Counted from the stretch's first letter, positions 16,680 to 25,755 are shown. The stretch: DNA of 64,000 bases from Treponema sp. UBA4692 (GCA_002404895.1 DHKO01000012.1:4336-68335); one strand, 5' to 3'. The notes: generated by a model not told the origin, from the sequence alone. Made by a program: numbers and translations.

Positions 16680-17015
16680 ATGAGCGAACAAGACGAAACA
16701 TTCATAGAAAGATATGAGAGACTCTGCAAGCAGGCGGGGCTTTCACAGGCAAAAGTAAGTCGCGCGACGGGCATAGCCTACCAGACATTCACAGACCACA
16801 GACGAAGAAAAACAATATTCAGCGCGGAAGAGTGCGCAAAAATAGCCGAAGTCCTAAATGTTTCGGTCGATTATCTCATAACAGGAAAATCAAGGGAGCT
16901 TCCGTCCGACATTCAGGACACAGTCTCTATGCTAATGCAGCTTCCAGAAAGCAAGCGCGCCCCTATTGTCGCAATGGTAAAAGGACAGGTCATTTACTTC
17001 AAAAGCACTATATAG
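16680..17015 (+). CDS. XRE-family HTH repressor 5
   Basis: LSQAKVSRATGI..IAEVLNVSVDYLITG. Confidence 0.9.
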   Translation: MSEQDETFIERYERLCKQAGLSQAKVSRATGIAYQTFTDHRRRKTIFSAEECAKIAEVLNVSVDYLITGKSRELPSDIQDTVSMLMQLPESKRAPIVAMVKGQVIYFKSTI

Positions 17016-17115
17016 CGCAAAGCCACCCAGCATTTTCTGAAATCCTACTGCACTTTTCTTAATAGTCTCTCATAAACCGCGCTTCTCAAACCTATAATAA
17101 TTTCAGGAGTAAAAA

Positions 17116-17355
17116 ATGAAAGATTTTATAAAAAGTCTATTGCTGTTCTGGTCTCTGCCCAGAATAGCAAAGGGTTCTGTCTATGCGGCTGTTCAGTCGC
17201 TTGCGGAATTCTACGGAGAATCGAATGAGAAAGGAAGAGACCGTAAAGACAAAGCGGATTCTGCGCAGCGTGGACAAGGCGTTTGTAATGGAGCTTCTAG
17301 GCAAGGTAAACCTTACACAAAGAGAGCTGAAGATAATCAAAGACACGGAGCTTGA
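17116..17355 (+). CDS. Small hypothetical protein
   Basis: AGGAG SD; 3' half overlaps the next gene. Confidence 0.4.
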   Translation: MKDFIKSLLLFWSLPRIAKGSVYAAVQSLAEFYGESNEKGRDRKDKADSAQRGQGVCNGASRQGKPYTKRAEDNQRHGA

Positions 17356-17479
17356 GCGCAAGACCATAAAAGAAATGTCCATTGAGATGAACTTGTCATT
17401 GTCGTACATAAGCGTAATAAAGAAATCCGCAATGGATAAAATCTACAGATACTGCCTTATTGCAAGACTTGTGAAATGA
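17225..17479 (+). CDS. Sigma70 region-4/LuxR-like HTH protein
   Basis: LTQRELKII..KTIKEMSIEMNLS..KKSAMDKI. Confidence 0.7.
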   Translation: MRKEETVKTKRILRSVDKAFVMELLGKVNLTQRELKIIKDTELERKTIKEMSIEMNLSLSYISVIKKSAMDKIYRYCLIARLVK

Positions 17480-17557
17480 CAGTGCAAAAGCAGTAGAACA
17501 AAGCCGGACAAAAACCGCCTAGCATAAGGTCATCTTGCATAAACGGAGGTAAAGGTT

Positions 17558-18082
17558 ATGGAAGTTAAGACCGAATCAGGCGGGCTTTTCAACGCCGCCG
17601 GAACAGGCACAACCGCGCTCGGCATTATCGGCACGGTGCTTGGCGGACTTGCTACCGCAGTAAGCGGCGGCAACGGATTGCTGAATCTCGGCAGCGGAAA
17701 CGGCGGCAAAGGCTGCCCCAACGCGAACGACAGCAACACCTATGTAACAAAGGCGGAGCTTGAAATGACACAGCAGCTTGCGTCAAAGGATTCTGAGATT
17801 GCTCTCCTGAAGAGCGAGCAGAACACAGAGACAAAGATTGCCGATGTCTATGAGCGTCTGATTACAAGAATCAACGCCGACCAGAAAGAGCAGAGCGCAT
17901 GGAACGCCCAGCAGAGCGTGAACAACGCGGCAATCAGCGCGGCTGTGGCTTCAAACGCAAACTCAATCGCGGCATTGCAGAGCAGCTGCGCCCAGATTAC
18001 AAAGCTGGTTGTTCCTAACTCGGCAATCTGCCCGGGCTGGGGAAATGTAACAATCACGCCTGCGACTACAGCAAGCGCATAG
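17558..18082 (+). CDS. Gly/Ala-rich phage protein with hydrophobic N-terminal segment and coiled coil
   Basis: GGAGG SD; GTTALGIIGTVLGG. Confidence 0.75.
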   Translation: MEVKTESGGLFNAAGTGTTALGIIGTVLGGLATAVSGGNGLLNLGSGNGGKGCPNANDSNTYVTKAELEMTQQLASKDSEIALLKSEQNTETKIADVYERLITRINADQKEQSAWNAQQSVNNAAISAAVASNANSIAALQSSCAQITKLVVPNSAICPGWGNVTITPATTASA

Positions 18083-18157
18083 CAAAAACGAACAAGACGG
18101 TGGCTTAACATACCGCCGCCTTTCATCACATAAAAAAAAGGAATCTGACAAGCAGGA

Positions 18158-18538
18158 ATGAGAAACAGAAGCCAGCCAGCACAGGAAAAAGCAGAGCAAT
18201 CATCAACACCAACAAAGCAGGACGAGCTTGACAGAATCGAGCGCAAAATAATCATCAGGCTGTTCGGAAAAGAAGCGATTCCTGACAAGACCGCCGTTCT
18301 TTTCAACATTCTAAACATAGATCCGAACAAGTACATAAAGATGTTCGAGAAAAAGCTCTCGCCAATGCTCAACAATGACGGAACTGTCAGCGGCTCAATG
18401 CTAAGAAAAATAATCCAGTTCTCAAAGTACAGGGATATTTTAGATGTTGTGCAAATTCCTGATGAAGACTTCTATCTCAGCAGCCATATCGATTCCTTGA
18501 TAAAAACATTCATACCCGGAGGAAAAAGCAATGCTTAG
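18158..18538 (+). CDS. Hypothetical phage protein
   Basis: ORF in operon. Confidence 0.65.
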   Translation: MRNRSQPAQEKAEQSSTPTKQDELDRIERKIIIRLFGKEAIPDKTAVLFNILNIDPNKYIKMFEKKLSPMLNNDGTVSGSMLRKIIQFSKYRDILDVVQIPDEDFYLSSHIDSLIKTFIPGGKSNA

Positions 18539-19010
18539 CATAAAACATCTCGTGGAAGCAGGAATGAAAGACGGCAAGGACACGCAGAAAATGCTTGGAA
18601 TTCTCGCCGACAACATCGACTGCGGACATTCAAAGACAGATACATACGAGAAGCTCTATGAGGAAGTCTACGGACATCATCTCTGCGAAAAATTCTGCAA
18701 GGAAATGGTCGCGGATATGCACAGCGCGAACGGAAAAGGCGAGAAATGGACGCTGGCGGAGACAAACGAGGCTGCGCGGAAAGTTGACATCACATTCAGC
18801 AGCAAGGATGACGACTACACCGAATATGAGTTCTGGGCGGCGATGCATATGATGTACCATGACTACGCTAACGTCTTCGCCGAATCAAAGATTGAGGCCG
18901 ACCCGGTGCTTTACGCAAAGCTCGCGGACGCTTATCTTGCAGACGAGGACGCGCCGAAAGGAAAACTTTTAAGCTACTTCTTTTTTGTGAAGAAATCACT
19001 TGAAAAATAG
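18531..19010 (+). CDS. Conserved phage hypothetical protein (GEKWT..FWAAMHMMYHDY..AYLADED)
   Basis: GGAGG SD, motif-rich. Confidence 0.75.
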   Translation: MLSIKHLVEAGMKDGKDTQKMLGILADNIDCGHSKTDTYEKLYEEVYGHHLCEKFCKEMVADMHSANGKGEKWTLAETNEAARKVDITFSSKDDDYTEYEFWAAMHMMYHDYANVFAESKIEADPVLYAKLADAYLADEDAPKGKLLSYFFFVKKSLEK

Positions 19011-19088
19011 ATGTTTTGCGAGTAGTATCTAGCTAGGTGTCATTACCTATGAGCCGACAGATTTTCATATCTGCCGGCTCTTTTTTTT
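19000..19088 (+). promoter_or_regulatory. Promoter, short leader and terminator ahead of the lysis cassette
   Basis: TTGAAA-17-TAGTAT; hairpin TAGGT/ACCTA; terminator 19051-19080 plus T8. Confidence 0.6.
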
Positions 19089-19116
19089 GCGGAGTAAACA
19101 ATTCAGGAGGCAGCGA

Positions 19117-19491
19117 ATGACAGCCAGCGACAGCACAATTCTTCACGAATTATTGACTCTGACAAAAAACTCAAATGACAGAGACTCTCGCATTGAAAAC
19201 AAAGTAAACGTTCTTGACACACGAATGAAAAACATCGAAGACCACGCAGTCAAGCAGGACGAGAGAATAGACAAGCTCACAGAAGTCATATCAAACCAGA
19301 AAGTAATAGAGCACAGCACCTCAGAGCTGGCCGCCTCAGTAGAGAAACTGTCAGCACGTGTAAGCACGCTTGAAAAGAAAACAGGCGACATAGCCCTTTC
19401 AGCTTGGAAAAAGATTGTGGCAATATCCGCCTCTGTAATAATAACAGCGGCAATAACATATCTTCTAGGAAAAATCAGGATAGGAGACTGA
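19117..19491 (+). CDS. Coiled-coil protein with C-terminal TM helix (XhlA/holin-associated type)
   Basis: AGGAGG SD; heptad repeats and C-terminal hydrophobic helix. Confidence 0.65.
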   Translation: MTASDSTILHELLTLTKNSNDRDSRIENKVNVLDTRMKNIEDHAVKQDERIDKLTEVISNQKVIEHSTSELAASVEKLSARVSTLEKKTGDIALSAWKKIVAISASVIITAAITYLLGKIRIGD

Positions 19492-19492
19492 A

Positions 19493-20080
19493 ATGGAAAT
19501 CACAAGGAATTTTCTCACAGTGAACGAATATTCGCGCCCCGGCAAAAAGCTAAAAGAACTTCTTGGAATTGTAATGCACTGAACGGCCTCGCTTCACGAC
19601 AAGGCAATGGAAGACCGAAACTTTTTTGAGAACAGAAAAACGGGAATGTCAGGCTACGGTTCGGCGCATTACATAATCGGAAAAAAGGGCGAAATCGTGC
19701 AGTGCATCCCGGAAGACGAGGTCGCCTATCACTGCGGCTCATCACAGGCAGACCCTGAAAGCGGCAGAATCTACACAGACTACGCAAGGCAGAAATTCGG
19801 GAAATATGCTGAAGACTACAAAAACAGCTCACCTAACTTATGCACAATCGGAATCGAGCTAAGCCCCGCCGACCTCTACGGAAATTTCACAAGCAGCACT
19901 CTTGAATCAGCAGCGGAGCTTTGCGCCGACATCTGCAAAAGGCACAATCTTACAGCACAGGACATAACAACACACCACAACATTGTAGGCTGGAAAGACT
20001 GCCCCCGCCTCTGGACAAACAAGCCGGAGCTTCTGGAAGACTTCAAGAACAAGGTCAAAGACAGAATTCAAAATGCGTAA
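19493..20080 (+). pseudogene. N-acetylmuramoyl-L-alanine amidase (Amidase_2) endolysin interrupted by TGA at 19580-19582
   Basis: MEITRNFLTVNEYSRPG..GIVMH*TA in frame with SAHYIIG..AYHCG..TIGIEL..HH..KDCP. Confidence 0.8.
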
Positions 20081-20098
20081 AGCAAGGAGATAAAGAAA

Positions 20099-20350
20099 AT
20101 GGAAAAGACAGAAGAAAAAACAGCTAATTCAGCCGAAAAGACTGAGCAGAAACAGGAAAAGAGAAGCAAGCTCAAATCAGTAAAACTTTGGGTAACGCTT
20201 TGGGCTATCGTAATGGTAACTTTCATTGTCATCGCGGACAGAAACCAGTTCTCTACAATCGCCCAGTGGCTTTGCGGCGTTCCTCTCGCGTACATCGGCG
20301 CGAATGTATGGCAGAAGCAGATTTACAGCAAGGAAGAAAAACAGCAATGA
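20099..20350 (+). CDS. Holin (2 TM)
   Basis: KLKSVKLWVTLW..LAYIGANVWQK; follows the endolysin. Confidence 0.7.
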   Translation: MEKTEEKTANSAEKTEQKQEKRSKLKSVKLWVTLWAIVMVTFIVIADRNQFSTIAQWLCGVPLAYIGANVWQKQIYSKEEKQQ

Positions 20351-20655
20351 CAACAAAAATAATCATTTTTCTTTCCGCTCTTGCAGCCCTGCTTATTGCC
20401 GCCTGCTATGTCTGCATAAAGGTGATTGTCTCAAACAGGAAGAAGATAAAAGAGCTTAAAGCCACCGCCGAAAATCTGAAAGTCAATATGTCCCGGCTTG
20501 TAAACCACGCAAAACGGCTGGAGCAAACAAAAATCAGCGGCGCGGAATTCTACCACAAAATCGAGAAGGCAAAAAACGATGAGGAAATCAACAATATTGT
20601 TGCTGGCATTATTCTTTCTAACAATAACCGCGTGCAAGAGTCCGCCAAAAGTTGA
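20347..20655 (+). CDS. Inner-membrane spanin (Rz-like)
   Basis: N-terminal TM plus coiled coil; ATGA-coupled to the holin. Confidence 0.6.
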   Translation: MTTKIIIFLSALAALLIAACYVCIKVIVSNRKKIKELKATAENLKVNMSRLVNHAKRLEQTKISGAEFYHKIEKAKNDEEINNIVAGIILSNNNRVQESAKS

Positions 20656-20812
20656 GCCTATGCTTCCGCCCGAGCCGCAGCGCAAAACGCTCTCATCGCC
20701 GTCAAGCATAAGGGAATACGCAGAGATAATCGCATACTACGATGAGCTTGTCTGCGAATGGGAGCTGTGGGCGGAAACCGCAAAAGAAATCATTTCCACA
20801 CAGAATCAATGA
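20579..20812 (+). CDS. Outer-membrane spanin lipoprotein (Rz1-like)
   Basis: Lipobox ITAC, Pro-rich, overlaps the i-spanin in another frame. Confidence 0.65.
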   Translation: MRKSTILLLALFFLTITACKSPPKVEPMLPPEPQRKTLSSPSSIREYAEIIAYYDELVCEWELWAETAKEIISTQNQ

Positions 20813-21971
20813 CAGCCTTGTTTTCAAGCAGCTGCGGCAGATGGTCGGTTACTTTTGACTTGTCATAGTATTCGGTCATCTGCCTTGACGAGTGTCCCAT
20901 CATAAGCATAAGGTCATCAGTTGAAATCTCGCGGTTCATCATAGTGTCGTAAGTGAAGCGGAGCGAATGAAAGGAAATATTTCTTTCCTCAGCGTCAATC
21001 CCATTGTGCCTTAGAACACTCTTGAAATGGTTTGAGAGATATTCCGGCCCGTAAGCGTGTCCGTGATACTCAAAAACAAAGTCTGTCTGCTTTGAGTTTT
21101 CCAGAAGCCTCATTGTCTTAATCATTCTGACAGTACGTTCCGGCAGAACAGCGATTCTCCATTTCTTGTTTCTGTCATTGCCCTTTTTCAGACGCTCTAC
21201 ACGCTTTCCCAAAGCGTCAAAAGAAGCATTGAGCAGAATAGCGTCTTCCCTGATAAACTGCGGATATTTCAAAGCCCTTATCTCTCCGCTTCTCATTCCT
21301 GTCGTGAGCGCAGTATAGACCGCAGTTGCTGAAACAAAATCCTGTGCCTCGCTCTCACCGTTCCATATATGCCAGACTTTCAAAAGTTCTTCGGTGTTGT
21401 CAGGAAAAAGCATTGAAATCTCGTCTGGAAAAAGAATTCCTTTCTCTCTTTGGTCAACTCTCTTGTAGTTTTTCAGTTCCGGGATTCTGTCAATAAGATT
21501 GTAAAGATAAAGCTCGTTGAAGATTACATTGAAAATCGAAATCAGCCCATTGCGCCAAGAATTGCTCCGCTTCTGCCTCAAAAGCCAGTCATCAATGATT
21601 CCCGCCGAAATGTCCCTCACGCTGAACTCTCCGAAGCGTCCAAGAATATCATTCAAATTAGTTGCTTTCTGCCGCCGTGTTTTCTCGTGATAGTCAATTC
21701 CTCTGTTATGCTGCTTTGTCAGATAGTCAGAGTCTGCGTCAAACATTCCAGAGCAAAAATCTTTCAGCTTTATATCAGCTGTCTCTTTTTTCTCAGCCCC
21801 GAGCAATTCATCCTCAGAAAGACCTGCAATATAAGCCTCTGCCTCACGTTTAACGCTTGTTCCACAGGAGCGGCGGACTTGTTTGCCGTCTTTCCAAAAC
21901 CAAAAATACCAGACTTTAACAGTCTTTCCATTGCGCGCAACCTTGCGCTGATAAAGATGTTTCACAATCAT
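20790..21971 (-). CDS. int: Tyrosine recombinase/phage integrase
   Basis: TGMRSGEIRAL, FHSLRFTY, MMGHSS..MTEYY; an alternative start is possible up to 21998. Confidence 0.93.
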   Translation of the reverse strand: MIVKHLYQRKVARNGKTVKVWYFWFWKDGKQVRRSCGTSVKREAEAYIAGLSEDELLGAEKKETADIKLKDFCSGMFDADSDYLTKQHNRGIDYHEKTRRQKATNLNDILGRFGEFSVRDISAGIIDDWLLRQKRSNSWRNGLISIFNVIFNELYLYNLIDRIPELKNYKRVDQREKGILFPDEISMLFPDNTEELLKVWHIWNGESEAQDFVSATAVYTALTTGMRSGEIRALKYPQFIREDAILLNASFDALGKRVERLKKGNDRNKKWRIAVLPERTVRMIKTMRLLENSKQTDFVFEYHGHAYGPEYLSNHFKSVLRHNGIDAEERNISFHSLRFTYDTMMNREISTDDLMLMMGHSSRQMTEYYDKSKVTDHLPQLLENKAVIDSVWK

Positions 21972-21978
21972 AGAAACA

Positions 21979-21999
21979 TTTATGCACATTTTATGCACA
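21979..21999. repeat. Tandem TTTATGCACA repeat, candidate integrase arm-type sites near att
   Basis: Exact 10-mers at 21979 and 21990 between int and fapA. Confidence 0.55.
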
Positions 22000-22084
22000 A
22001 ATTCAAGTTTTCTACATTAAAATCAACCGTAGTAAAACAACATCTCTTTATATTACAAAGAGATAAAAATAAAACAATTTTATC

Positions 22085-24052
22085 TCAATCGGAGCTATAC
22101 CCATCTGGTCCCTTTATATCATCAAAACTAGGTTTTTCGAACTTTCCGCGTCGCACAAAGCCATTTTCATAGTAGAAAGTAAGGCTTTTTGCATCTGCCC
22201 GGACTTCATCTTTTTCATCGCGAACCCAAATTTTCACGCCTGCGTAAACAGTTCCAGCAACATAAACTTTTCCGATATTTTTAAGTTCGCGAAGACGCGC
22301 CTGAATTTTCCCGATTTCATCATTATAGGCAGTATTTTCAGCGATAATCTCGTTTTTCTGCTCTGTAAGCCGCTGAAGATTCTCTTCCTTTTCTTTAGGA
22401 ATCGTTCTCCTGACTTTTTTCATATTCTCGAGAGTCGCAATGTCAAGCTCGATTTCCTCAAGCCGCTTGACATTATTGTTTTGCATTTCAATAAGCTCTT
22501 CAAGACGATGCTTCGCCTTCGGGTCATATCCGACTTCAATGACAGTTTCCGTTCCGCCGCCGTTCGAGCCGATATTTTTCGCAAGAACATATTCAGTCGC
22601 AAACAAATGCCCGCCAGTGATTTGCGCCCTTTTTCCCTGCAAGATGATTTTTTTCTGCGCTGAAATATCGCTGTTCATAATCGAGTCGGTAACAATGACA
22701 TTTTCCTCAACCTGAACTTTTGTGTTCTGAATGAATTTAGCCCAAAGCGAGCCGCCGCAGATGATTTCACCCTCATTTTTTCCGATTACGCCAGAAGAAA
22801 CAATAATGTCGCTGTCAGATTCAAGATGACATTTTCCGACAGTTCCGCTCACCTCAATATTTCCGCTCGCCTTGATGTCAAATCCGTCCTCTACGCTGCC
22901 TTTGACAACAACAGTTCCAAGAAATGTTATATTTCCGGTCTTAACGTTTACGCCGTCAACTTCCATCACAGGCTCTACGCAGATTTTTCCGTTCAAAAGA
23001 AGAACCTGGCCGTTTATTTCAGCAAGAACAGTCCGTCCGTCCGTGTCAACCTTGACATTTTTTCCAAGAGGAATATTAATATCGCGTCCGTTTTTCGCTT
23101 CAAGGTAATTTCCGAAAAGAGTCTTTCCAGCTTTTCCCTGCTCTGGCAAAATTTTTTGGGCAAGGGGCTGACCTTCAACAACATTCTGAATGAGGTTAAG
23201 CTCCTTGAAGTCAACCTGGCCGTTCGCAGCCTCTTTCGCACGGATTTTCGAGCGGTCTGTCTCAAAATTATAGACCATGTAGGCATCGTGCCCGTCAACA
23301 GGAAGAACCGCCTCCGCAACTACAACCGGCTCATTGTAAATAGGAACATCAACAAGCGCGTTTATCTTCTCATCAGAAATTCCTGCCACAACGCCCTGAG
23401 TTGTAAGCGCGTTTTTTATCTGCTCAGGAGTAATATCCGCGCCGCCAAGCGTCGGAGGATTTATCGTGCAGGTTGCCTTCATATTGTCTTTTGCAATATC
23501 AATTACAAACACGGCGTCGCTTGAAGGAACGCGATTATATTTTCCAATCGGCTGATACTGATTGCCAGTTCCTTCTTTCGCATATTTTTTCACAAGCTGC
23601 TCGTCAACAGAAGTTGTATCAGGGCGGTTCAAGTCATTAAGCAAAGTGTTAATGTCAACAGGCTTTCCTTTTCCGCTCGGAAGCACAACTTTCAGGACAA
23701 GCTCGTTGTCAAAATGATGAATATAGTAAACACCGTCCTTTGAAACAGGCTTGGCTTCATCATCATCAAATCCGCCCATAACATTTGAAGTCTTGGATTT
23801 TGCGGCTTTTTTAAGAGACTCAGGATTCTGATAGACTTTTATAGCCCACGGCTTTTTTGCGATTCCCATAAATCCATCGAATCCTCTTTCCATCACTTCG
23901 TACTCAAGATTCGAGACTTTTGTGTTGAACTGAACAGCCGCATCGGCAAGCGCCTCATCGAGAGTATCTGCGCGAACATCAACAAAGTTAATTTCTTTGT
24001 CGCGCTCGTACATCTTCGCCATGTCTTTCCGAATAGAATCCAAAGTAACCAT
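22085..24052 (-). CDS. fapA: FapA (DUF342) family protein with N-terminal Jag-like domain
   Basis: GQVDFKELNLIQNV, TGNITFLGTVVVKGSVEDGF; follows fliA. Confidence 0.85.
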   Translation of the reverse strand: MVTLDSIRKDMAKMYERDKEINFVDVRADTLDEALADAAVQFNTKVSNLEYEVMERGFDGFMGIAKKPWAIKVYQNPESLKKAAKSKTSNVMGGFDDDEAKPVSKDGVYYIHHFDNELVLKVVLPSGKGKPVDINTLLNDLNRPDTTSVDEQLVKKYAKEGTGNQYQPIGKYNRVPSSDAVFVIDIAKDNMKATCTINPPTLGGADITPEQIKNALTTQGVVAGISDEKINALVDVPIYNEPVVVAEAVLPVDGHDAYMVYNFETDRSKIRAKEAANGQVDFKELNLIQNVVEGQPLAQKILPEQGKAGKTLFGNYLEAKNGRDINIPLGKNVKVDTDGRTVLAEINGQVLLLNGKICVEPVMEVDGVNVKTGNITFLGTVVVKGSVEDGFDIKASGNIEVSGTVGKCHLESDSDIIVSSGVIGKNEGEIICGGSLWAKFIQNTKVQVEENVIVTDSIMNSDISAQKKIILQGKRAQITGGHLFATEYVLAKNIGSNGGGTETVIEVGYDPKAKHRLEELIEMQNNNVKRLEEIELDIATLENMKKVRRTIPKEKEENLQRLTEQKNEIIAENTAYNDEIGKIQARLRELKNIGKVYVAGTVYAGVKIWVRDEKDEVRADAKSLTFYYENGFVRRGKFEKPSFDDIKGPDGYSSD

Positions 24053-24055
24053 AGG

Positions 24056-24871
24056 CTAAAAAATACCTTTCCTGAAATTTGTCAGCTTTGCGCGGAGATG
24101 AAGATTCGCGTTGGCATGAAGCTGCGAAATTCGGCTCTCAGAGACTTCAAGAACCTGGCCGATTTCCTTGAAAGTCAAATCCTCATGATAATAAAGAACG
24201 ATAACCATTTTTTCTTTTTCAGGAAGCTCGTTTATCGCCTGAATAATGACTTTTCTGATTTCCTCGCGCTCAACCTGAACATCAGGATTCAAACTCTGAG
24301 GAGACTCAATGCTGTCGCCGATTGAAAGATGGTCGCTGTCATCGCCTGAATACCAGACATCATTAAGAGAAAGGACAGAAGTTCCTGAAATTTTCATTAC
24401 AGTGTGCTGATAATCTTCAACGCTGATGTTCATTTCACGGGCGATCTCCTCATCAGTTGCAGGACGAGAAAGCCGGGACTCCAAAGAACTTATGACATCT
24501 TCAATTTCGCGCGATTTTTGACGCACAGAACGCGGAACCCAGTCCAGCTGCCTCATCTCATCGATGATTGCTCCCCGAATTCTCGTTACAGCGTAAGTCT
24601 TGAATTTTACTTTCTTGTCAAGGTCATATTTATTGATTGCATCAAGGAGACCAAACTGCCCGAAGCCCACCAAGTCGTCAAATTCCATGCTTGAAGGCAG
24701 ACCTATCGAAACCTTGCCTGCAACATATTTCACAAGAGGCATATACTTGCGTATAATTTTATCGCGAAGCACGGAAGTCTTTTTTTTCTTGAATTCCTTC
24801 CAAATAGCGTCTTCTTCTTCATCGTTTATAAAAAGCGTTTTATCGTTCTCCATTTGCAACATCCTATACAC
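24056..24871 (-). CDS. fliA: RNA polymerase sigma28 factor FliA/WhiG
   Basis: FKTYAVTRIRGAIIDEMRQLDWVPRSVR, ESRISQLH; start may be 24862 or 24853. Confidence 0.95.
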   Translation of the reverse strand: MYRMLQMENDKTLFINDEEEDAIWKEFKKKKTSVLRDKIIRKYMPLVKYVAGKVSIGLPSSMEFDDLVGFGQFGLLDAINKYDLDKKVKFKTYAVTRIRGAIIDEMRQLDWVPRSVRQKSREIEDVISSLESRLSRPATDEEIAREMNISVEDYQHTVMKISGTSVLSLNDVWYSGDDSDHLSIGDSIESPQSLNPDVQVEREEIRKVIIQAINELPEKEKMVIVLYYHEDLTFKEIGQVLEVSESRISQLHANANLHLRAKLTNFRKGIF

Positions 24872-24876
24872 TTTTT

Positions 24877-25755
24877 CTATTCGTTATCTTTAGCAAGCAA
24901 AGTCGCTATTGCCTTTGCCATTGTAGCAGCATCTTGATTTCCGACTTTTCCAGCCGCCGCTGACGAAACAGGCGAGCCGCCTGTCGCAAAATCGCTGTCG
25001 GTAATGACAGAGCCAGACGAAGCCGACGAGCCGTCAAAATCAACTCCGCCAATATCAGGAAGATTATCTATTGATTCTTCATCAGAATTGTCCGATTCAT
25101 TTTGCGGAGCTTTTTCACCATTTTTTTCCACTTCCGAAACATCTGACTGAACCGCATTTGAATCTGAAACTTTTTTTCCACCGCCAGTTGTTATCGCGCT
25201 CAAGCCTGCCGGAACAAATCCGCCTGCGCTGTTTCCAGTGTTCTTTGTTTCAGATGCAGAATTTGAAGCTTTTGAATCTGATTTTTCATTTTTTTGCTGG
25301 ATTACAGGCTTAACAGATTCCGCTTTTTTTTCATCTGCGTTATTTTCCGACAAAACAGAAGGCTGGGGATTTGAAAAACCAGTTTTTTCAGCGGAAGATT
25401 TTTTTTCATCTTCAACAAGAGATTCGCCGTCCAAAACAGACGAATTTGTAACAGAAAATTTTGGGGAAGAGCCGTCATCTTTCAAAGTTGAATCATCAAC
25501 AACAATATTCACAACGCTTCCAGCCGCAGGCTTTGTCTCCGCAGAAACTGTGGAATCAGAATCCGAAACTGAACCGTCAGAGAGGAAAGACTTGTAAATG
25601 TACGTGATTCCAACAGACAAAGCGGCAAAAACAGCCGCGAAAATCGCAGCGCGGATAAGCAAATGCAAAATATTCACGCCGAAAATCAAGCCTATAAAAA
25701 AAGACAGGACAAACCCAACCGCAGCCGAGATGCAAATATTCTTCGGGTTTATCAT
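24877..25755 (-). CDS. Spirochaete membrane protein with low-complexity tail
   Basis: Two N-terminal TMs; C-terminal MAKAIATLL. Confidence 0.75.
   Translation of the reverse strand: MINPKNICISAAVGFVLSFFIGLIFGVNILHLLIRAAIFAAVFAALSVGITYIYKSFLSDGSVSDSDSTVSAETKPAAGSVVNIVVDDSTLKDDGSSPKFSVTNSSVLDGESLVEDEKKSSAEKTGFSNPQPSVLSENNADEKKAESVKPVIQQKNEKSDSKASNSASETKNTGNSAGGFVPAGLSAITTGGGKKVSDSNAVQSDVSEVEKNGEKAPQNESDNSDEESIDNLPDIGGVDFDGSSASSGSVITDSDFATGGSPVSSAAAGKVGNQDAATMAKAIATLLAKDNE

Larger units (their letters stand above)
1..22084. mobile_element. Integrated prophage, one end only (continues beyond left edge)
   Basis: Contiguous phage replication, recombination, repressor/antirepressor, lysis and tyrosine integrase genes; abrupt switch to host flagellar genes at 22085. 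Confidence 0.95.

Noticed and set aside
1..22084. Stop-codon reassignment in the prophage
   Set aside because: Only one in-frame TGA and a few TAA cases; TGA, TAA and TAG all end normal genes, many with ATGA coupling
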